DNA of 64,000 nt, from the NCBI GenBank assembly GCA_964291395.2, contig OZ219856.1, positions 1,984,001 through 2,048,000 of the forward strand, written 5' to 3'. Position numbers and translations under genes: made by a program. Positions 30,543 through 39,201 of the stretch are shown here, piece after piece. Each line of letters begins with the position of its first letter. Position 1 is the stretch's first letter. This DNA is from Alphaproteobacteria bacterium. GTDB taxonomy: Bacteria > Pseudomonadota > Alphaproteobacteria > UBA2966. Below the pieces are notes generated by a model. It had not been told where the DNA came from. It saw only the letters and a list, made by a program, of their open reading frames with translations, and did not search any database.

Positions 30543-31835
30543 TCACAGCTGTTCCATGCGAATCATCAGGGGCGGCTCGACCACCAATTCGAGTCCCGTG
30601 ATTTCCCGGAGTGCCTTGCGCATTCCCGCCTCGACCGTGACGTGGGTTGTCAGAATGACCGGCACCACTTCACCGGGGTCCCGGCCTCGTTGCAAAACCG
30701 ACTCGAGCGAAACGTTCTCATCTCGAAGAATAGCAGCAACGTCGGCCATGACACCCGGCTTGTCGACCACCATCAGCCGAACGTAGTAAGCGCCGACATG
30801 GTCTTCCATGGGAACCGCCGGCGTCGCTTCGAGAGAGGCGGTCGGAATGCCAAACGCCGGCAGATTGCCGCCCCTTGCGAGATCGATGAGATCGGCGACG
30901 ACGGCAGATGCCGTGGGTTTTTCGCCAGCGCCCCGACCTTCGTAAACCGTGCGGCCCACGAAATCACCTTCCGCCACGACGGCATTGAAGACGCCTTGGA
31001 CGTGCGCGATCGGCGTGTCCCTTGAAACCAGGCAGGGGTGCACCCGCTGCTCCACCCCGCTCTCGGTGGCCCTTGCGATAGCCAGAAGCTTGATGCGAAA
31101 CCCCAGCTCGCGGGCGTATTCGATGTCGACTGCGCCGATGTCGCGGATACCTTCGATGAATACCGAATCGAATTCCACTGGACGGCCGAATGCAAGACTG
31201 GTGAGCAGCGCCAGCTTGTGCGCCGCGTCGATGCCGTCGACATCGAAGCCAGGATCGGCTTCCGCGTACCCCAGCACCTGGGCCTCGGCCAGAACCTCGT
31301 CGAATTCCCGGCCCGTCTCCTCCATGGCCGTCAGGATATAATTGCAGGTGCCATTCAGGATGCCGTAGACACGGTTGATCCGATTCCCGGCAAGTCCTTC
31401 ACGCAACGCCTTCACGATGGGAATCCCGCCCGCGACGGCCGCCTCGTAGGCGAGACCTACACCGGCCTGCTCCGCCTGCCGCGCGAGGCGCGTCCCATGG
31501 ATCGCCATCATGGCCTTGTTGGCGGTGACTACGCTCTTGTTCGCGGCGATCGCGGATTCGACGGCGTCAAGCGCCACTCCATCGGCACCGCCGATGAGTT
31601 CGACGACGACATCGACCTCGTCGTCCGCAGCAAGTTCCCGCGGGTCCTCGAACCATCGTGTCCCGAAGAGATCGACCCCGCGGTTCCGCTGGCGGTCCCG
31701 GGCCGAAACCGCGGTGACGGCGAGGACCCGGCCGCAGCGTCGCTCCAGCAGCCCGGACTGGCCATGGAGAAGTTTGACGACGCCGGCACCGACGCTGCCG
31801 AGGCCGGCGACTCCGATCCTCAGGGGGTCAGGCAT
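30543..31835 (-). CDS. hom: Homoserine dehydrogenase (with ACT domain)
   Basis: GLGSVG, VVTANKA, EAAVAGGIP, ILNGTCNYIL, GYAEADP. Confidence 0.97.
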   Translation of the reverse strand: MPDPLRIGVAGLGSVGAGVVKLLHGQSGLLERRCGRVLAVTAVSARDRQRNRGVDLFGTRWFEDPRELAADDEVDVVVELIGGADGVALDAVESAIAANKSVVTANKAMMAIHGTRLARQAEQAGVGLAYEAAVAGGIPIVKALREGLAGNRINRVYGILNGTCNYILTAMEETGREFDEVLAEAQVLGYAEADPGFDVDGIDAAHKLALLTSLAFGRPVEFDSVFIEGIRDIGAVDIEYARELGFRIKLLAIARATESGVEQRVHPCLVSRDTPIAHVQGVFNAVVAEGDFVGRTVYEGRGAGEKPTASAVVADLIDLARGGNLPAFGIPTASLEATPAVPMEDHVGAYYVRLMVVDKPGVMADVAAILRDENVSLESVLQRGRDPGEVVPVILTTHVTVEAGMRKALREITGLELVVEPPLMIRMEQL

Positions 31836-31886
31836 GGGCGCGCCGAGTCACCTGTACGAGGCAGAATTCCGGAGGCACTCCAGCCC

Positions 31887-33314
31887 CTAGAATGAGTAGA
31901 AAATCTCGGCCCGCCGGTTTCCGGCCTCGCCCTTGGGCATCGACTCGTGGAACACCGGCTGCGAGTCGCTGACAGCGGAAATTTGAATGGCGTTCTTGTC
32001 GACTCCTAACCTGATCAGCTCGTTGGCGACGGCCGTCGCCCGATCGAGAGAGATACGGAAGTTGACAAGCTTGTGCTGTTGGATCGGGAGATTCCTTGTC
32101 CGGTGAGACGCGTGACCCACGACGCGTACAGTGCCCTGGCGCGCCCTAAAAGCCCCGGCCACGTCGAGGATGACCGCTTTCGCCTTGCCGTTCAACCGTG
32201 CCGAGCCGTTGCCGAAGTGAACCGTAGCGGGATCGGAGGGCGCGGGCGCCAGCGACGAGCCCGATGCGGCGGTCGCCGCCGGGGCGACATCGGACCCCAC
32301 CATCAAGGGTTCGTTATACGTCTCGCGCACGATGTCGGGAACCGAGGTTTGGGCCGGCGTCAGCGGCTCCGCGGACGGAGCACCGAACGACGTGCCGGCG
32401 GGCGTCGTGGTGACCGTGCTCGCCGACTCGGCCAAAGCTCGAGCAAAAGCTTGGGCGAGGACCTCTTGTTCTGCCCCAACCGATGTGAGCGCCGCGACCT
32501 CGAGTGTTGGTCGAGGCGCGGATTGGACCGGCGCGACCGGCGGCACGGGCTGCGGCGCCGCAGGCGTTGCACCCACCGTCCCGGTCATTCCCGGCGCTTG
32601 CACGATGGACGACGCGCCCGTCGTAGCCACGCGGTCGGTCACGTCCCCCGCCAACGGTGTATAGGGCGCGCGTGTCTGCGATCCGCTCTCCGGCTCGACG
32701 ATGGGGCGCGGCAAGGGTGCGGGTAAGGCAGCCTGTGCCCGAGGGACGGCGGACGGCGGTGGCGGTGGGACGGCGGCGGCCCGAGTCCTGGCTGTCGACC
32801 GCAGGTCCAGCTTCGGTAGTCGCGCCTTGGCGACGCGCTGGGTACGAGCGGGCGGAGGTGTGACGGAATTGGGCGACACGACCGGTTGCGGCTTCAGTTC
32901 GGATGCCACCGACTTGGGCATATCGCCTGCACGCAGAACCTGATCGGTGTAGCGGGCATTATCGCGATCGGCAACGAGTTCCTGGACCATCTGCTGGCGC
33001 TCCGCGCTCGAGGACGTCCGAGGCGCCCGCCGCGGGACACTCCCCAAGCTTGGAAAGCCTTTCGACTCGCTGGATGCGGTTTGGCCCCGCGCCTTCTGGA
33101 CCGCCTCGGCATCGTCAACCTCGGGGGGTGCGTCGCTACCGCCGCCGAACAGGCTCCCACCGACTATGGAGTCGTACCAAACAACGGGATTACCCCAATC
33201 GGGCACGAAGGAGCACGCAGACAGGCTCAATAAAGCACCCAGAGCCAGCACGGTCGCCGCGCGCCTCAAGGAGAGTTCGAGGAGTGGCTTCGTATTCGGT
33301 TCCAACCGTTTCAT
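31887..33314 (-). CDS. OmpA-family lipoprotein with long Pro/Ala-rich linker
   Basis: Lipobox LSAC; low-complexity middle; C-terminal F..GS..L, GHAS, SLDRA, NRRAEI peptidoglycan-binding motifs. Confidence 0.85.
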   Translation of the reverse strand: MKRLEPNTKPLLELSLRRAATVLALGALLSLSACSFVPDWGNPVVWYDSIVGGSLFGGGSDAPPEVDDAEAVQKARGQTASSESKGFPSLGSVPRRAPRTSSSAERQQMVQELVADRDNARYTDQVLRAGDMPKSVASELKPQPVVSPNSVTPPPARTQRVAKARLPKLDLRSTARTRAAAVPPPPPSAVPRAQAALPAPLPRPIVEPESGSQTRAPYTPLAGDVTDRVATTGASSIVQAPGMTGTVGATPAAPQPVPPVAPVQSAPRPTLEVAALTSVGAEQEVLAQAFARALAESASTVTTTPAGTSFGAPSAEPLTPAQTSVPDIVRETYNEPLMVGSDVAPAATAASGSSLAPAPSDPATVHFGNGSARLNGKAKAVILDVAGAFRARQGTVRVVGHASHRTRNLPIQQHKLVNFRISLDRATAVANELIRLGVDKNAIQISAVSDSQPVFHESMPKGEAGNRRAEIFYSF

Positions 33315-33489
33315 TCCTTGTGCTCCGAGTTGGCCTCTTCTTTCCCGGCAACGGCTTCCGCGGCAAATCGCCGCCCGCCCGCTACACGCCCATTATGCCT
33401 CATAGGCAACCGTTTGGCCGCCATCCCGTTTTCACCCGGTCTTCATCGTGCTGACCTTATGAAGGGGACTTATGACCAAAGGTTGACGT

Positions 33490-33537
33490 ACGCAATATAT
33501 TGTGGATCGTGATGTCTCAAATTACAAGATATGGTTG
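33490..33537. promoter_or_regulatory. Two NrdR-box-like sites 32 bp apart
   Basis: ACGCAATATATTGTGG (33490-33505) and TTACAAGATATGGTTG (33522-33537) versus consensus acaCwAtATaTwGtgt. Confidence 0.5.
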
Positions 33538-33615
33538 ATCGTCAACCCTTGGTTACAATTCCGTTATGAAGCCTCCTTGACTCACTTGTCAAAAAGGCTT
33601 TGACACCGCGACGGA

Positions 33616-34173
33616 TCAGCTTCCAGTCAACCGCTCGCGATAGGTCCGGCCGAGCCGTGCATATTGCCGCGCTGCGTCCTCGATGTATTCGACCTCATCG
33701 GGCCGCAGTTCGCGCATCAGTTTGGCCGGGGATCCCGCCCACAGCTCGCCCGACGGGACCCGCCTGCCCGGCGTTACCAAGGCACCTGCGGCCACCATCG
33801 CGCCGCTCTCGACCACGGCACCGTCCATCACCGTGGCACGCATGCCGATATAGCTGCCGTCCTGCAGGGTGCAACCGTGGATGATCGCGCCGTGTCCGAT
33901 CGTGCAGCGGGATCCGATAAAGGTACCGTGGGTCCGCCGCGTCACATGCACGACGGACCCATCCTGGATGTTGGTGAGCTCGCCGACGCGTATGACGTTG
34001 ACGTCCCCACGAAGGGTGCAGCCATACCAGATGCTGCAGCCGCTGCCGATCTCGACGTCTCCGATGACCGTTGCCCCGTGGGCGACAAAGGCGTCCGGAG
34101 CAACCTCGGGCAGCGTCTCACGGAAGGGTAACAGCAGACCGCCGCCCAGATTGTTCGCGGTTTTGGTGGTCAC
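33616..34173 (-). CDS. Gamma carbonic anhydrase family protein (YrdA-like)
   Basis: Hexapeptide repeats, LRGDVN, NIQDGSVVH, TIGHGAIIHGC, WAGSPAK. Confidence 0.93.
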   Translation of the reverse strand: MTTKTANNLGGGLLLPFRETLPEVAPDAFVAHGATVIGDVEIGSGCSIWYGCTLRGDVNVIRVGELTNIQDGSVVHVTRRTHGTFIGSRCTIGHGAIIHGCTLQDGSYIGMRATVMDGAVVESGAMVAAGALVTPGRRVPSGELWAGSPAKLMRELRPDEVEYIEDAARQYARLGRTYRERLTGS

Positions 34174-35300
34174 GGGAACATGGGCTCCTGCCTCAGCCCG
34201 GACGTCTCCTCAAGACCGTAGGCGACATTCATGTTCTGCACGGCCTGGCCGGAGCCGCCCTTGACGAGATTGTCGATTGCCGAGACCAGGATGGCTCTTC
34301 CCGGAACGCGGTCGGGAAAGACCCCGATCAGGCAATGGTTCGAGCCGCGCACGTGCCGTGTGGCCGGCACGACTCCCTCGCCGACCACGCGTACGAAGGG
34401 CTCATCCTCATAACGAGACCGGAGAATGGCACGCAGGTCGTCGGCGTCGTTTCCGCCCGTCATGTTCACGTATATCGTTGCCAGAATTCCCCGGTTCATG
34501 GGCACCAGATGGGGCGTGAAATTGAGCGTCACCAGTTCCCCCGCCGCCCTGGACACTTCCTGCTCGATCTCCGGCGCGTGGCGGTGACCGCCGATTCCGT
34601 AAGGGTGAACGCCCTCGGCCACCTCGGAGAAGAGCGTCGCCTCCTTGAGAGAGCGCCCCGCACCCGATACACCCGACTTGGCGTCGATGATGATGCCTTC
34701 CGACCCGATGACGCCGTTCTCGATCAGCGGCACGAGGGGTAGCAGGCTGGCGGTGGGATAGCAGCCGGGACACGCGATCAGGCGCGACCCGGTGAGCGCG
34801 TCGCGAGCGAATTCCGTCAGTCCGTAAACGGCTTCAGGTTGCAGGTGCGCCGCCAAGTGCTCATGACCGTACCACTGCGCATAGGTTCCGACGTCCGTCA
34901 GTCGGAAATCGGCCGACAAGTCGATGACCTTTACGTTCTTCGCCAGGCCGGCGGCGACACCTTGGCGCCCTCCCGCCACGAGCTCATCCACCATGTCGTG
35001 CCCAGTGGCGTGCAGCAGCTCCGCGATGACTTCCTGGGTGGTCCCATGGGGAAGCGTGCAGAACACGAGATCAACGTCGATTCCCGCCCATTCCACCTCG
35101 TCGATGTGCAGGAGATCGGGCAGGCCCAGGCCGCCGAGATGCGGAAACACATCGCCAAGCGGCCTGCCGGCATGACGATCCGCCGTCAACACGGTCAGTT
35201 CGACGTCCGTGTGATTGGCGAGCAGACGGACGAGTTCGGCACCGGTGTAGCCGCTCGCACCGAGAATGGCGACCCGCAGTTTGTCGGTCCCGCTCGTCAC
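34170..35300 (-). CDS. argC: N-acetyl-gamma-glutamyl-phosphate reductase
   Basis: GASGYTG, LPHG, DLSADFRL, PGCYPT, SGVSGAG, HRHAPEI, DNLVKGGSGQAVQN. Confidence 0.97.
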   Translation of the reverse strand: MTSGTDKLRVAILGASGYTGAELVRLLANHTDVELTVLTADRHAGRPLGDVFPHLGGLGLPDLLHIDEVEWAGIDVDLVFCTLPHGTTQEVIAELLHATGHDMVDELVAGGRQGVAAGLAKNVKVIDLSADFRLTDVGTYAQWYGHEHLAAHLQPEAVYGLTEFARDALTGSRLIACPGCYPTASLLPLVPLIENGVIGSEGIIIDAKSGVSGAGRSLKEATLFSEVAEGVHPYGIGGHRHAPEIEQEVSRAAGELVTLNFTPHLVPMNRGILATIYVNMTGGNDADDLRAILRSRYEDEPFVRVVGEGVVPATRHVRGSNHCLIGVFPDRVPGRAILVSAIDNLVKGGSGQAVQNMNVAYGLEETSGLRQEPMFP

Positions 35301-35338
35301 TTCATGTTCTCCTCAACCGTCCGTCGGCAATTGCCGAC

Positions 35339-35366
35339 AAAAAAGGGCGCCCGTCAAGGCGCCCTT
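35339..35366 (-). terminator. Rho-independent terminator of rplM-rpsI
   Basis: Minus strand AAGGGCGCC-ttgacg-GGCGCCCTT followed by a T run. Confidence 0.85.
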
Positions 35367-35393
35367 GTCATTGGCGGTCTCCCGACCGAACGC

Positions 35394-35924
35394 CTAACGT
35401 TTCGAGAACTGGAAGCTGCGTCGTGCCTTGCGCTTACCGTACTTCTTGCGCTCGACGACGCGGGAATCGCGGGTCAGGAATCCGCCCGCCTTGAGGACCC
35501 CGCGCAGCGCAGGCTCGAAATTCGTCAGGGCGCGGCTCAATCCGTGGCGCACCGCGCCCGCCTGTCCGGAGAGTCCGCCGCCCTTGACGGTGCACCAGAT
35601 GTCGTACTGATCCAGGCGTCCGGCCGTGACGAGTGGCTGATTGATGATCATCCGAAGCACCGGCCGCGCAAAGTAGCGCGCCCCCTCGCGGCCATTGACG
35701 GTCAACGTGCCCCTGCCGGGCTTGATCCAGACCCGGGCAACCGCGTCCTTGCGCTTGCCCGTCGCGTAGGCGCGCCCCTGCGCATCGATCCGAGGTTCCG
35801 AAAGCGGGACCTCGTGAGCCTGCGCCGCGGGCGGGGCTCCCTCGCCGCTTTCGTCGCCCGCCCCGTCCACGACGGCATCACCGAGTTCCTTGAGATCCGT
35901 AATCGTTCGTTGCCCGTCCGACAT
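35394..35924 (-). CDS. rpsI: 30S ribosomal protein S9
   Basis: [36 protein letters not shown]. Confidence 0.98.
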   Translation of the reverse strand: MSDGQRTITDLKELGDAVVDGAGDESGEGAPPAAQAHEVPLSEPRIDAQGRAYATGKRKDAVARVWIKPGRGTLTVNGREGARYFARPVLRMIINQPLVTAGRLDQYDIWCTVKGGGLSGQAGAVRHGLSRALTNFEPALRGVLKAGGFLTRDSRVVERKKYGKRKARRSFQFSKR

Positions 35925-35926
35925 CG

Positions 35927-36391
35927 TCAGACCATCCTCTTGTTCTTGGGATTGAGCGCCGCGACGTCCAGAACCTCCGGTTTCTGCGCCTCATGCGGAT
36001 GTTCGGCACCGGCATAGACCCTCAAATTGCTCATCTGGACGCGGCCGAGCTTGTTCCGCGGCACCATGCGCTGGACAGCTTTGACGATGACCCGTTCCGG
36101 GTGCCGGCCGTCGAGCCAGTCCGAGGCCTGGCGGCTGCGGATGCCGCCGGGATACCCCGTGTGCCAGTAATAGGTCTTGTCCGTGCGTTTACGTCCCGTC
36201 AGCCGCACCTTCTCCGCGTTGATGACGATGACGTTGTCGCCGCAGTCGATATGGGGCGTATAGGTCGGCTTATGCTTCCCACGAAGGCGTGTCGCGATGA
36301 TCGACGCGAGCCGACCGAGAACAACGCCGTCGGCATCCACGACAATCCAATTCTTGTCCACGTCCGACGGTTTGGCGGAATAAGTCTTCAT
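35927..36391 (-). CDS. rplM: 50S ribosomal protein L13
   Basis: [44 protein letters not shown]. Confidence 0.98.
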   Translation of the reverse strand: MKTYSAKPSDVDKNWIVVDADGVVLGRLASIIATRLRGKHKPTYTPHIDCGDNVIVINAEKVRLTGRKRTDKTYYWHTGYPGGIRSRQASDWLDGRHPERVIVKAVQRMVPRNKLGRVQMSNLRVYAGAEHPHEAQKPEVLDVAALNPKNKRMV

Positions 36392-36582
36392 CGTACCGGT
36401 CTTCGAACTATGACGATGCCTGCGCGGCGGCCCGGCAATGCAAAATACCGGCCGCGCGGCGGCGGAGTATGTCACACCCGCACACCAAGTCAACGGCTGA
36501 AACACCAAAATCACGGAAAATTCCGTCAGCAGATCAAAGGGTTAGATAGAGGTATTTTATTACCTCACAACAATCCGATTCT

Positions 36583-37014
36583 TCAATCGGTCGCGTCCGG
36601 AGGGATCGAGTACGTCGCGGTTACGTGCGCCACGGGCTCGGGGTCACCCTCGCTGTAGAGAGACACCTCCCCCACCGCCAGACGCTTGCCCAGTTTCAGG
36701 ATCTTTCCCTCGGCGATGATGTCCACCATCAAGGGCCGCCGCAGGAAATTGCAGGTCAAGTTCGTCGTGACGGCCAGCTCGACGGGACCGATCATTCCAG
36801 TCACGACGGCGTACATGGTCGCATCGGCGAGACCCATCAGCGCCGGTCCCGCCACCGTACCGCCGGGCCGCAAATGCTGTTCCTCGACCGGCAGCCGCAT
36901 GCGTGCGGTGCCGTAACCGATGTTCTCGACCCGGTATCCCATCAGCCCCGCGAACGGAAGCTTTTGGGTAGAGAGCGCTTTGAAATCTCCAATAGTGATC
37001 TTCGGTTCTGGCAA
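36583..37014 (-). CDS. PaaI family (hotdog) thioesterase
   Basis: LRPGGTVAGPALMGLAD, AVTTNLTCNFLR, GKRLAVGEV, TATYSIP. Confidence 0.88.
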   Translation of the reverse strand: MPEPKITIGDFKALSTQKLPFAGLMGYRVENIGYGTARMRLPVEEQHLRPGGTVAGPALMGLADATMYAVVTGMIGPVELAVTTNLTCNFLRRPLMVDIIAEGKILKLGKRLAVGEVSLYSEGDPEPVAHVTATYSIPPDATD

Positions 37015-37214
37015 GAGCGGAACCCTATCCCAACACCCGATCCCGGCCGGCAGTTGGTGCCGCGGACCGGCCTGGAGTTCACTTCCCCTAACAGGCCCAT
37101 GGCGCGCCGATCAAGGTCGTTGCCCACGACCGCACGCGACGTTGGCCGTGTCGGTGTCACCAAGCTATGATCGCACGAAATTCCTACCTCCTCGATGCAA
37201 CGACCAAGGCCGAG

Positions 37215-37739
37215 ATGGACCACGACAACTATCCGGATTCATTTTTGCGGCAGATTTTGCGCGACACCAAGACGATCGCCATGGTGGGTTCGAGCGACAA
37301 CTGGGTGCGGCCCAGCTATTTCGCTATGAAGTACCTGCAGTCCAAGGGTTATCGGGTGATCCCCGTCAACCCGAAGGCGGCGGGGAAGAAGATCCTCGGC
37401 GAGACGGTGTACGCCGGGCTCAAGGATGTGCCCGACAAGATCGACATGGTGGATGTATTCCGGAACTCGGAGGCCGCGGGCCCAATCACCGACGAGGCCA
37501 TCGAGGTCGGAGTCCCCGTCGTCTGGATGCAGCTCGGCGTCCGCAACGACGAAGCCGCCGCGCGGGCGGAGGCCGCTGGCCTCAAGGTCGTCATGGACCG
37601 CTGCCCCAAGATCGAGTACGGCCGCCTCAATGCCGAATTGAGCTGGAGCGGCATCAATTCGCGCGTCATCACCGCGAAGCGTACGAAAAAAGCCGGCAGT
37701 CCGGTCCGCCGCGGCGGCTTTTCCAGCCGGCGGCGCTGA
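37215..37739 (+). CDS. CoA-binding protein (YccU-like)
   Basis: IAMVGSS, RPS, PVNP, DMVDVFR, WMQLG, MDRCPKIE. Confidence 0.92.
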   Translation: MDHDNYPDSFLRQILRDTKTIAMVGSSDNWVRPSYFAMKYLQSKGYRVIPVNPKAAGKKILGETVYAGLKDVPDKIDMVDVFRNSEAAGPITDEAIEVGVPVVWMQLGVRNDEAAARAEAAGLKVVMDRCPKIEYGRLNAELSWSGINSRVITAKRTKKAGSPVRRGGFSSRRR

Positions 37740-37788
37740 GCCCTCCTTCGAGTTCAAGCGCCGCCACCAAACCTGAGGTCAGATTCCC

Positions 37789-39120
37789 ATGAGCGCGAAT
37801 CCCGAACATCCCGAAGAGGAACCGTCGGGCGAAGACGATCAGTCGCAGGATTACGGGTTCGAAACCCTCGCGATCCACGCCGGCGCGGCCCCCGACCCGA
37901 CGACAGGTGCGCGGACGACCCCGATCTATGCGACGGCCTCCTATGTCTTCGACGACGTCGATCACGCCGCGTCGCTCTACAACCTTCAGACCTTCGGCTT
38001 CCTTTATTCGCGCCTGACGAACCCAACGGTCTCGGTGCTGGAAGAGCGGCTGGCCGCCCTGGAGAATGGGCGCGGCGCGGTGGCCTGCGGCTCCGGTCAC
38101 GCCGCCCAGCTTCTGGTGTTTTCGACTCTGCTGCAGGCGGGCGATGAATTCGTGGCCGCGCGTAATCTCTACGGCGGCTCCATCACCCAGTTCAGTTACG
38201 TGTTCAAGAACTTCGGCTGGACCTGTCACTTCGTCGACCCGACGGACCCGGAGAACTTCCGCAAGGCGCTGACGCCCAGATGCAAAGCCATCTTCTGTGA
38301 GAACCTGGCCAACCCGGGCGGAATCATCGTCGATATCGAGAAGGTCGCCGACATCGCCCACGAGGCCGGCATTCCCCTCGTCGTCGACAACACCATCGCA
38401 ACGCCTTACCTCTGCAACCCCTTCGACTGGGGTGCCGACCTGATCACCCATTCGCTGACAAAGTACCTGTGCGGGCACGGCAATTCCCTGGGCGGGGCGG
38501 TCATCGAGTCAGGGAAATTCGACTGGGCCCAGAACGACAAGTTCCCGGCCCTGAGCCAGCCCACGGAATCCTATCACGGGATGACCTTCTACGAGACCTT
38601 TGGGGATTTCGGCTTCACCATGCACGCCCGTGCCGTGGGCCTCCGCGATCTCGGGCCAACGCTCTCGCCTTTCAACGCCTTCCTCATCATCACGGGTATC
38701 GAGACGCTGGGGCTCCGCATGGAGCGTCACGTCCAGAACGCCCGGGACGTGGCCGAATTCCTCGAAACCCACCCAAAGGTCGAGTGGGTTTCGTACGCCG
38801 GCCTGAAGTCGAGCGAGTTCTACGACCTCGCCCGGAAATACATGCCCAAAGGCCCGGGGGGCCTGTTCACGATCGGCCTCAAGGGCGGCTACGAGGCCGG
38901 CATCAGGATGGTCGAGGCCTGCGAGCTCTGCTCACACCTCGCCAACGTGGGTGATACGCGCACGCTGATCCTGCATCCGGCATCGACGACGCACCGTCAG
39001 CTTACCGAAGAACAGCAGCGCGCATCGGGATCGGGTCCCGAGGTGGTCCGGCTTTCCATCGGCCTGGAGACGGCCGCCGACATCATCCGGGATCTGGATC
39101 AGGCACTGGCGGCGGCGTAG
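37789..39120 (+). CDS. metY: O-acetylhomoserine aminocarboxypropyltransferase (sulfhydrylase)
   Basis: FETLAIHAG, YSRLTNPT, VDNT, HSLTKY (PLP lysine), ANVGD, HPASTTHRQL, RLSIGLE. Confidence 0.94.
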   Translation: MSANPEHPEEEPSGEDDQSQDYGFETLAIHAGAAPDPTTGARTTPIYATASYVFDDVDHAASLYNLQTFGFLYSRLTNPTVSVLEERLAALENGRGAVACGSGHAAQLLVFSTLLQAGDEFVAARNLYGGSITQFSYVFKNFGWTCHFVDPTDPENFRKALTPRCKAIFCENLANPGGIIVDIEKVADIAHEAGIPLVVDNTIATPYLCNPFDWGADLITHSLTKYLCGHGNSLGGAVIESGKFDWAQNDKFPALSQPTESYHGMTFYETFGDFGFTMHARAVGLRDLGPTLSPFNAFLIITGIETLGLRMERHVQNARDVAEFLETHPKVEWVSYAGLKSSEFYDLARKYMPKGPGGLFTIGLKGGYEAGIRMVEACELCSHLANVGDTRTLILHPASTTHRQLTEEQQRASGSGPEVVRLSIGLETAADIIRDLDQALAAA

Positions 39121-39201
39121 TCCGTCGCGGCCGAGGCCCGCGGGCACCCTGCGAGAACTCAAGCCGGACGCGCGGCGTGGGGACCATCAACCACCCGTTC
39201 A

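Noticed and set aside
33315-33615. Possible replication origin in the AT-rich gap
   Set aside because: Only one two-mismatch DnaA-box-like site (TGTGGATCG) and no oriC-associated genes.
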